DNA from: a virus
Lineage: Duplodnaviria; Heunggongvirae; Uroviricota; Caudoviricetes
IMG/VR virus record: IMGVR_UViG_3300001373_000069
DNA length: 19,030 nucleotides
Reading direction: 5' to 3' (one strand)
Positions 1 to 7,208 of the stretch are shown piece after piece; the stretch's first letter is position 1, and every line of letters begins with the position of its first letter. The notes below the pieces were generated by a model. The model was not told the DNA's origin and ran no database searches. It worked only from the letters and a program-made list of their open reading frames with translations. The translations under genes were made by a program, and so were the position numbers.

Positions 1-1
1 C

Positions 2-718
2 GGGGCTTCTCAGTGGTTTCTCCCATTTTACCTCTTTGCTAAAAGCCAATGTGAAAGATTTAAAGTTTTTTGGAATAGGGCTCCAGCTTGAACGTTCGCC
101 ATATTTACTATCGTATCGAAGAAAATTCACGTTCCAGGTATCTTCATTATCTTTAAAACGTATGGTTTTAAACGGGATTGCAAGTTCAGCTATCCAACAG
201 TCATCGAAAATTTTTGCCTCCGAAAGCCATTTATTGTCCCATGTCAGCGAGTACGACTTGGTTGCTGTGCTGCCACTACCTGTTTCATTTCCACCATTAA
301 CAATTAAACCTTCCGATTGTACCCCAAACGGACTAAGCGAAAACATAAACGCGTTCGTTTTATCCTTGTAGGTATCTAAAATTACATAAAAGCCATCATA
401 AGAAATTCCTCTTGAGTCGCGACGCAAAGATTCAACAACATAATCACGTGGACCAATATTGTGCATCACTGCAATGATGTATAAATTGTCGTCGTCATAA
501 GTCATTCTTACTTCAGTAGCTCCAATTGCGGCGGCACTATCTGTTGGGAAATTCTGAATAAAGCCATTGGCAATATCTGCTTCATTCCAGACAAAATCGA
601 CCACACCATCGATAATAATTGGAGTAGAAGTTCTTTTAATGTTGAGGTTTTGTGCATTTGTTGAAAATGCAAAGCCAATACAAATTAACGCAAGAAAATA
701 ACCTTGTTTAAAGTTCAT
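2..718 (-). CDS. Secreted CBM9-like/DUF5916-type protein of Bacteroidota (partial, runs off left edge; absent from ORF track)
   Basis: Manual translation from ATG at 718 is open for 239 codons to the window edge: MNFKQGYFLALICIGFAFSTNAQ (Sec signal peptide, ending in a typical A|Q cleavage site), then IIIDGVVD...TEVRMTYDDDNLYI...VESLRRD...ILDTYKDKTNAFMF..SPFGVQSEG...WDNKW...WIAELAIPFKTIRF...W.VNF.R...ERSSWSPIP. I recognise this as the CBM9-like sugar-binding N-terminal region of DUF5916-type Bacteroidota proteins. Confidence 0.8.
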   Translation of the reverse strand, partial: MNFKQGYFLALICIGFAFSTNAQNLNIKRTSTPIIIDGVVDFVWNEADIANGFIQNFPTDSAAAIGATEVRMTYDDDNLYIIAVMHNIGPRDYVVESLRRDSRGISYDGFYVILDTYKDKTNAFMFSLSPFGVQSEGLIVNGGNETGSGSTATKSYSLTWDNKWLSEAKIFDDCWIAELAIPFKTIRFKDNEDTWNVNFLRYDSKYGERSSWSPIPKNFKSFTLAFSKEVKWEKPLRSP

Positions 719-737
719 AATAAAAGTATTTCACGTA

Positions 738-1619
738 TTACCACAAATCAGTCAATACAAAACTTTTTTCTACGAAAGGTAATAAAATCTGGTATATTCC
801 ATCCAGGTCATCGTTGTTTGTGATAACTAGGTCAAAACCTTTAAAGTCATCTAAAGCTGTTTCCGATTCATGAGTATCCGTGGATACTACTGATGGTCTG
901 TTAATGCGAATTAAAAGTCCTCCGCGCTCTTTGATAGCTTTTACCTCATTAGGGAAACGCATATCACTAATAAACCAATTAGGAAACTTAATGTAACCTC
1001 CAGGTAATCCGTTGGGAGCTGGAACTCCTTTATAATCAGCCATTGTGGCGTCAACCCAAGTATTATCATTGAACTGTTTACGAAATAAATCAGTACCTAT
1101 GAACTGCAGAGCATCTCTATAGGTTCTTCTTTCTTGTGTACAGTACTTACGATCACGGTAATCCATTGCATCGAAATAGTTTATCCTATCTGTAAAGAAT
1201 AGCATAGATTCTTTTTGTCTGCGATCGACTTCAGTAGTATCCTCAACATCATACTCCAAACAATAGAATCTGGGATTTTTATTATAGGTCTCCTCGGTTT
1301 GTTTTATCTTACCAAAGTTAGAAGCATAACTTCCGTAAACCCTTTTATTCCACGCAACTGGCATATAGGAATTCTTAAATTCTTCATCCTCAAGTTGTTC
1401 TCGAGTACACCCAGTAAGCATGCAAATGATATCCTTCAATTTATCCGCATACTTCTTGAACTCCCATTCCGTATTGATTTCAATACTATGATCCAGAACG
1501 TATTCTCTCATTGGTGGTAATTGATCTTCTCCTAATTTCTTAGCAGCAATTATCCAATTAAACATTCTAATCACAGTATCTTTACCATGCTGTTTCTTTC
1601 CGCTTACACCAACTATCAT
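738..1619 (-). CDS. Deoxynucleoside monophosphate kinase (phage dNMP kinase)
   Basis: N-terminal P-loop GVSGKKQHGKDT, YADKLKD, R..LQFIGTDLFR, ISDMRFPNE and HESE motifs of T4 gp1/T5-type dNMP kinases; long internal insertion. Confidence 0.85.
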   Translation of the reverse strand: MIVGVSGKKQHGKDTVIRMFNWIIAAKKLGEDQLPPMREYVLDHSIEINTEWEFKKYADKLKDIICMLTGCTREQLEDEEFKNSYMPVAWNKRVYGSYASNFGKIKQTEETYNKNPRFYCLEYDVEDTTEVDRRQKESMLFFTDRINYFDAMDYRDRKYCTQERRTYRDALQFIGTDLFRKQFNDNTWVDATMADYKGVPAPNGLPGGYIKFPNWFISDMRFPNEVKAIKERGGLLIRINRPSVVSTDTHESETALDDFKGFDLVITNNDDLDGIYQILLPFVEKSFVLTDLW

Positions 1620-1897
1620 TAGTTATCTGATGTTTTGATGTTAGGTGTAGATCTCAACATCTCATCCATCTCCATAACCGTTTTGGTGTGGTCTAAATCT
1701 GTCATAAGATTTTCCACTCCACCAGAATTTTCAAGAGCTTTCTTAGTACAAATTAACGTACTGATAAACTCCAGGTGACCGAAGTTGTCGTCTGTTGGGT
1801 CAGCAAGAAAAGCTTCTGCTTTTGCTTTAATGGCGTTTGCTAATTCCTCTTTGCTAGTGAAGCTAGCAAGCATTGGTAATATTTTGAATAAGTCCAT
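1619..1897 (-). CDS. Hypothetical protein (92 aa, likely helical)
   Basis: ORF whose TAA overlaps the kinase ATG (TAATG at 1617-1621); AT-rich leader; no recognisable motif. Confidence 0.7.
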   Translation of the reverse strand: MDLFKILPMLASFTSKEELANAIKAKAEAFLADPTDDNFGHLEFISTLICTKKALENSGGVENLMTDLDHTKTVMEMDEMLRSTPNIKTSDN

Positions 1898-1908
1898 GTT
1901 AAATAGTG

Positions 1909-2406
1909 TTATTTGTTTCCAGAACTACCAAATCCACCCTCACCGCGTTCTGTCTCTGATAGGGTTTCTACTTCTTCAAACTCAATAGGAATGATTTCCT
2001 CGATATACATCTGGGCTACACGTTCTCCTACTTTGTATGGAAATTTAGGGTATATCATCTTTTTGCGTTCTCCACAGCCACCTGGTCCATAAACCATAAC
2101 AGCTGGAGTAAACTCGAAATCAATAGGGAATGCCCTGAATCTAACTTGATACTCACCACGATAGTCAGGATCACCAAGGCCTGGAGCATTTTGAATATTC
2201 CACTGAGTTCCGGTTAAACTGCTTCTTGGAACAATGGTAACTTTATGATCTACTGGTGGTTGCAGAGCAAATCCAAGTTTACAAATTACAAACCCAGGCT
2301 CTTTCTCAACGATTTCAGTAACCGTAACATCCCATCCTCCTGCTAATTCACTTCCGCGTTTAGGCAACTGAGCCTCCGGATGTAGTTTTTGAAATTGTAC
2401 TTTCAT
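1909..2406 (-). CDS. dut: Trimeric dUTPase
   Basis: Motifs GWDV, PRSS, G..DPDYRGE, GERVAQ and RGEGGFGSSG. Start moved from 2445 to the ATG at 2406 (MKVQFQKL), which overlaps the upstream TGA (ATGA). Confidence 0.95.
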   Translation of the reverse strand: MKVQFQKLHPEAQLPKRGSELAGGWDVTVTEIVEKEPGFVICKLGFALQPPVDHKVTIVPRSSLTGTQWNIQNAPGLGDPDYRGEYQVRFRAFPIDFEFTPAVMVYGPGGCGERKKMIYPKFPYKVGERVAQMYIEEIIPIEFEEVETLSETERGEGGFGSSGNK

Positions 2407-2702
2407 ACTATCTTGATAAATTTTATTCTGTTTGCTAAAAACCACAAACCACCCTGACTCGCTGGTCGTTGGATTGATTCATAGTCTTCTATTTCAACTT
2501 CTACCCACACTCTACCTCTCTTAGATAGATGGGGTGCAACACAATCTGCAATACAATGCCAGAAAGGCCTGTCTGCATATCCTGTTGTAGGGTGATCTTC
2601 GGCAATAAGCCATTTATTAAACGGTAATCTCTCTGTTTTATTAATAAATAAAGAGGTTATACTACCGTCCTTCAGCTGCCTCACCAGTTTGTATGCTATC
2701 AT
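2403..2702 (-). CDS. Conserved phage hypothetical protein (His/Trp-rich)
   Basis: ATGA overlaps at both ends; AYKL...KDG...LFIN...HPT.GY..RP.WHC...APHL...RVWVEVE pattern resembles a recurrent phage unknown family (from memory, not searched). Confidence 0.75.
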   Translation of the reverse strand: MIAYKLVRQLKDGSITSLFINKTERLPFNKWLIAEDHPTTGYADRPFWHCIADCVAPHLSKRGRVWVEVEIEDYESIQRPASQGGLWFLANRIKFIKIV

Positions 2703-3394
2703 TTTCTAATTTTAAGTTCTTCTGGATAAAGTACAGACGTATGATCGCTTTGCCAATACTCTTCGGTATCAACATCCATTATTGTCAAAACTCCAAACCA
2801 ACCAGAGCCTGTATCAAGATTCCAACAATTACACCTCTTCTCTGGTTTCTCCTGTCCTAAGGCAGTGTGTCCAATGAAGACTTTGTTGTACATCTTTGTA
2901 CGATTAGCTGAATGACCATAGTGGTGGGATACTCCAAGAGCAGTCCACATAGCTCTATCCCATGTATAACAAGATAGTCTATCATGTCCTAACCCTTTTT
3001 TACTAGCCCATCCACCATGTATGTAAGCATTGTTTGCCTCATCAATGTAGTAATAATGAGCTCTATCGAAATATTCAATACGATGGGTAACCATAGCATT
3101 TGGACATTCTCTGTAGGAATCTATAGTGGCTTGACCGCCTTGAGTAATCCACTCGTATTTCTCAATACCAAACTTTAACCAATCATAAGTCCATTCATCG
3201 TGGTTTCCCATGATAGGAATCATATTTGGTATATTCAGTAGTGTTTCTATACACTCAGCTACATAAGGCCATCCATCGCATACATCCCCTAATACAAACA
3301 AACGGTCCACCTCTTTATCAAAGGCAGACCGTTGTAGTACTTGTTTAAGGGCTTTGATATTTCCGTGGATGTCTCCAACAGCAAATGTTCTCAT
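2699..3394 (-). CDS. Calcineurin-like metallophosphoesterase, lambda Ser/Thr phosphatase/ApaH type
   Basis: GDIHG, GDVCD, GNHD, HGG and GHT motifs in the expected order. Confidence 0.9.
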   Translation of the reverse strand: MRTFAVGDIHGNIKALKQVLQRSAFDKEVDRLFVLGDVCDGWPYVAECIETLLNIPNMIPIMGNHDEWTYDWLKFGIEKYEWITQGGQATIDSYRECPNAMVTHRIEYFDRAHYYYIDEANNAYIHGGWASKKGLGHDRLSCYTWDRAMWTALGVSHHYGHSANRTKMYNKVFIGHTALGQEKPEKRCNCWNLDTGSGWFGVLTIMDVDTEEYWQSDHTSVLYPEELKIRK

Positions 3395-3531
3395 TACCCT
3401 CTTATATTATCAGCTATTTTATTCACTATGGAGTTGTTAGAATCCATAAAATGATCAATAGTCAATATAATTGCTGGAACCACTGCATATAAGCAAGCGA
3501 CCAGCAGAACAACATTTAGAATTTGTTTCAT
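3394..3531 (-). CDS. Small putative single-pass membrane protein (45 aa; not in ORF track)
   Basis: Manual translation MKQILNVVLLVACLYAVVPAIILTIDHFMDSNNSIVNKIADNIRG*. It fills the gap exactly: ATG 1 nt after the upstream TAA, and its own TAA overlaps the phosphatase ATG (TAATG). Confidence 0.62.
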   Translation of the reverse strand: MKQILNVVLLVACLYAVVPAIILTIDHFMDSNNSIVNKIADNIRG

Positions 3532-3532
3532 A

Positions 3533-3769
3533 TTAAGTTCCTTCACATTGGTCTGGATACTCTGTTGGAATAAAGAAACTCTTTACTTTCAGTATTCGAT
3601 GTGGGGGATAATGCTCAAACACAACATTATTATTGTGTCTGTACCCTCCAACAACTATAGCTGATGCATGTTCTCTTACTTTTTCAGCTGAATCAACTTT
3701 ATAAGAGAAAACTCTGCCATCATCTAAGTATACTCTGACAACAAACTCCTTTTTATCCACAGGCTCCAT
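3533..3769 (-). CDS. Hypothetical protein (78 aa)
   Basis: Likely start MEPVDKKEF at 3769, overlapping the RNR end by 17 nt; the longer track start lies deep inside nrdJ. Confidence 0.65.
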   Translation of the reverse strand: MEPVDKKEFVVRVYLDDGRVFSYKVDSAEKVREHASAIVVGGYRHNNNVVFEHYPPHRILKVKSFFIPTEYPDQCEGT

Positions 3770-6272
3770 AACCACATTCTTTACATTGTTTACACCCACC
3801 TTCCATATGCATCTCAGATCCACAGTTAGGGCATGCTGATACACCACCATCGATATCCGGTATGTATCTTTTCAATTGTCTTGCAATAACTTTACTAATA
3901 TGAACTACAGATCCCTCAGACTTGTTTAGCTGTTCAACAACGAATTGTATAGCAGCACCATGTCTTAAGGCAGTAGATATCAGTCTCATAACAAATCCCC
4001 ATTCTGGAGTTTCAAATTTGGAAGTAATATCCTCGATTAACAAATGCCCAGATGTGTCTAGTAAGTTATACACACCGCTTTTCTGTTTTCGTAAAATACC
4101 AGTCTCTATCTTCGAGGATAGTATTGTGTCTCCACGTTTAAAGGCCATAGCTTCGAATGGTTTATCATCGAATAATCCTACCAGTACGATATACTTTTCA
4201 CCAGAAATTGTTGGTTGGAAAATATCACACTTCAGATCTTTAGGTCTTTTAGGCGCATCACGCTGTTCAAACTTACTAGAACTATTTACTACTGAATTCA
4301 ATACTCCGGCACGACTTCCGTCTCGGTAGATAGTTATACCTTTACAACCTGATTTCCAGGCTTTCATGTATAGGTCACCAACTACTTTCTCAGTTGTTGT
4401 AGTGGGCAGATTTGTTGTATTACTTATGCTATGGTCTATCCATTTCTGAACCATACCTATCATCTTGATTTTAACAACAGGGTCAATATCAGCAGAAGAT
4501 GATTTAGCATACGGGGATTCCTCAACCAAAGCAGCTATTATATCGTCAGATAAATCTTCTGGTTCTATTTCAGGATATTTGGTACCTATCCACTCCTTAA
4601 AATAAGGGTGAAATACTGGAAATTCTTCCCAAGAGTCGCCTTGATCATCTACAAAATCAACTTTAGAATGAGTATCGTTAGGATTAACCTTACGACTACG
4701 TTTATAAACCGGCATAAAAACTGGTTCAATTCCGCTAGTTTGATTATTCATAATAATTGACATAGTACCAACTGGTGGTATAGTCAACAATGCAATGTTA
4801 CGGCGCGGGATTCCGGCTTTACCAATACGGTTTAGGAACGGATTACCACGCTCGAGTGATGCATTAAATGCAGGAAATGTACCTCGTTTAGTGGCCAGTA
4901 CATAAGAAGCCTCATAGACTTTCTCTGCAAACTGTTGATGAATTCTCGCCAGATAGTCAGTACTATACTCGGTACCGTACTGCATTCCCAACATAGCTAG
5001 CATGTCACCATGACCAATGATTGAGATACCAGCACGTCGGCCCTTTTCAGTATTAATGCGGATATTATTCCACATATCAAGTTCAGTCCATTTAGTGTCG
5101 ATGTTCTCTGGATCAGCTTTGATCTTGTCGATGATCTGATTGATCTTTTTGATCTCAAGTTCAATGATGTTATCCATCATATGCGTAACCATAGCAGACA
5201 TTTTATCAAACAATTCATTGTCGAACCGGGCCACATCTTGAAATCTATTGATTACCATCTTAACCAGATTAACTGAAATTAGACGACAGCTATCGTAAGG
5301 ACTTAGAGGAATTTCTCCACACGGGTTAGTAGATACGGTAGTAAACCCACTTTTAGCATAGCAATCTGGTACTGACTCACGAATGATGGTGTCCCAGAAC
5401 AATGCTCCTGGTTCAGCAGAAGACCAATTAGCTTTAATTAAAGCATTCCATACCGGTTTAGCTTTAACTTTCCTAACATACACCGGTTTATCGTTATACA
5501 TTAGAGTTGTTAGTTTGTCCAGAATCAAACCATCCATATCAATACCTAGATTACTAACATCGAACTCACATGGAAAATGTTGTAGATAATACCCATCAGC
5601 ATCAACAGCCTGCATGAATTTATCAGACAGTCTAACGGAAACATTAGCACCGGTAACTTTACCAGTGTCCAGTTTCATGTTTATGAATTCCAGTACATCA
5701 GGATGGACAACATGTATGGATAACATTAAAGCTCCACGACGACCGTCTTGGGCCACTTCTCTAGAACTATTACTAAACCGTTCACAGAAAGATACTACAC
5801 CGGAACTAGTTCCAGCACTATTACTTACCGTGGTGGTTTTTGGTCGAAGATGACTCACATCAACTCCAACTCCCCCTCTACGTTTAGCTATTTGCACTAT
5901 CTCCTGATCTGTTTTTAGAATAGATCCGTAGCTATCCTCGTCATTACCAGAGATAACAAAACAATTACCTAAGGACGTTACAGAATACGGATTAGCTATG
6001 CCATATAAAGCAGAGCCTCCGGGGCTGATTACCTGATTTGAGAGAGCCTCGTAGTATTGATCTTCAGTGTAAGTTGTATCCCCTAAAGCAATATCTACAG
6101 AATGGATCTCTTTTGCAATTGCACTAAATCTATCTAATGGAGAGGCCTCAACAAACTCACCTTCTTTGTTTTTTAAACAATATTTGTTCATCCATACTTT
6201 TACAGCTAATTCATCGCCACGAAAGAACTTTAAACAATTTTTCTTTACTTCTTCATTTGTAAATACAGTCAT
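3753..6272 (-). CDS. nrdJ: Class II adenosylcobalamin-dependent ribonucleotide reductase with C-terminal TSCPD-like and Zn-ribbon regions
   Basis: Bacteroidota NrdJ-like N-terminus (FFRGDELAVKVWMNKY), SLGNCFV, GRRGALM, AEPG, TNPCGEIPL, PPVGT.S, QKWIDHSISNTTNLP, KGITIYRDGSR, and C-terminal CPNC..CKQCKEC. No NrdB in the window. Start set at ATG 6272. Confidence 0.92.
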   Translation of the reverse strand: MTVFTNEEVKKNCLKFFRGDELAVKVWMNKYCLKNKEGEFVEASPLDRFSAIAKEIHSVDIALGDTTYTEDQYYEALSNQVISPGGSALYGIANPYSVTSLGNCFVISGNDEDSYGSILKTDQEIVQIAKRRGGVGVDVSHLRPKTTTVSNSAGTSSGVVSFCERFSNSSREVAQDGRRGALMLSIHVVHPDVLEFINMKLDTGKVTGANVSVRLSDKFMQAVDADGYYLQHFPCEFDVSNLGIDMDGLILDKLTTLMYNDKPVYVRKVKAKPVWNALIKANWSSAEPGALFWDTIIRESVPDCYAKSGFTTVSTNPCGEIPLSPYDSCRLISVNLVKMVINRFQDVARFDNELFDKMSAMVTHMMDNIIELEIKKINQIIDKIKADPENIDTKWTELDMWNNIRINTEKGRRAGISIIGHGDMLAMLGMQYGTEYSTDYLARIHQQFAEKVYEASYVLATKRGTFPAFNASLERGNPFLNRIGKAGIPRRNIALLTIPPVGTMSIIMNNQTSGIEPVFMPVYKRSRKVNPNDTHSKVDFVDDQGDSWEEFPVFHPYFKEWIGTKYPEIEPEDLSDDIIAALVEESPYAKSSSADIDPVVKIKMIGMVQKWIDHSISNTTNLPTTTTEKVVGDLYMKAWKSGCKGITIYRDGSRAGVLNSVVNSSSKFEQRDAPKRPKDLKCDIFQPTISGEKYIVLVGLFDDKPFEAMAFKRGDTILSSKIETGILRKQKSGVYNLLDTSGHLLIEDITSKFETPEWGFVMRLISTALRHGAAIQFVVEQLNKSEGSVVHISKVIARQLKRYIPDIDGGVSACPNCGSEMHMEGGCKQCKECGYGACG

Positions 6273-6337
6273 TTTCAACTGGTTAACTAAATTATAAACA
6301 AACTTTTGTCATTATTTATAGTAGTTAAATTTATCTT

Positions 6338-6362
6338 AAAAACTGAGGTAGTAAAGCTCAAT
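6338..6362 (-). terminator. Possible weak intrinsic terminator
   Basis: Minus strand ATTGAG-ctttactac-CTCAGT (one G-U pair) followed by TTTT, just after the 6368 ORF stop. Short, AT-rich stem. Confidence 0.3.
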
Positions 6363-6367
6363 TAACA

Positions 6368-6706
6368 TTAATTTATTAAAAGTTTTGCCGGAAACAGCTT
6401 CAGTAGAAATTGTTTCTCTGGACTATCGGATGACGGACTTATTGTGAACCTATAATTAAATTCAAGTTCAGGGTCTTCGTTGTCCATAGCTACATCCATT
6501 TGTAGGATACCAACATTGTTGAATAAAGTCTTAAGAATACTCTCGACAGTACCCAACTGCTCTAAACTGTTAATAATTAATTTAATATCCAACTTATTAA
6601 CAGACCAGTCGGTTGATAATTCGCTGATCCCCTCTAAGATGTCTATTAACGTATTTACAGTAGTAATACTAGTGGTATCAGATATTTTGATACGTGCGTA
6701 TATCAT
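6368..6706 (-). CDS. Hypothetical protein (112 aa)
   Basis: Co-oriented ORF with AT-rich leader filling the gap between the nuclease and nrdJ; no motif recognised. Confidence 0.6.
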   Translation of the reverse strand: MIYARIKISDTTSITTVNTLIDILEGISELSTDWSVNKLDIKLIINSLEQLGTVESILKTLFNNVGILQMDVAMDNEDPELEFNYRFTISPSSDSPEKQFLLKLFPAKLLIN

Positions 6707-6749
6707 AAAATTGTTGTTAAGATTGTAAAGTATTTAACTAACCTTAACT

Positions 6750-7208
6750 TTACACAGAAGTGTCACCTTCTGGGGTAATTAACTTTAATAAATCCAGCAA
6801 CTCAACAGCCTCCTCTAACGAGAAAACGATATATCCTTTATAGTCTTTTAGTTTGAATAGTTTCCATCTCAACTTAAATAACTCATCGGCATAACCTTTT
6901 ACCTCTAGGTAGCAGTTATAGTCGGGTAAAAAGAAATCAGGTTTGTAGCCTATTTTCCTCTGGGTGATGGTTTTTATATCACCATCTTTAAACTCGGTAG
7001 TCTTTATACTATCAAATAAATCAACACTAGGTTCGTATTGGAAGTTTATACCTTCCTCGGTTAGATATTTCCAGACTTTGAACTCCGGCATGCTGTCAAA
7101 GACCAACTTACCGGGGTTCTCTTCTCTGTACTTGGCTTCAGAACCATTAATGTATTTACCTTCTTCAGTGACTTTCTTAACGACTACCCTTCCTTGGTAT
7201 CTAGCCAT
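6750..7208 (-). CDS. PD-(D/E)XK endonuclease (DUF1064/T7 endonuclease I-like, possible resolvase)
   Basis: FDS..E, YEP, YKPDF and LEVKG motifs. Confidence 0.72.
   Translation of the reverse strand: MARYQGRVVVKKVTEEGKYINGSEAKYREENPGKLVFDSMPEFKVWKYLTEEGINFQYEPSVDLFDSIKTTEFKDGDIKTITQRKIGYKPDFFLPDYNCYLEVKGYADELFKLRWKLFKLKDYKGYIVFSLEEAVELLDLLKLITPEGDTSV

Noticed and set aside
3753-6272. Intein or group I intron in nrdJ (or in polA)
   Set aside because: Motif spacing is continuous, with no LAGLIDADG/HNH insert or intein-type boundaries, and the lengths are ordinary.
6273-6367. Cobalamin riboswitch upstream of nrdJ
   Set aside because: The gap is under 100 nt and very AT-rich, too short and unstructured for a B12 riboswitch.
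6368-6706. The 112-aa ORF as a cryptic GroES
   Set aside because: Size is similar, but it has no PL.DRV or mobile-loop pattern and is separated from groEL by the nuclease gene.
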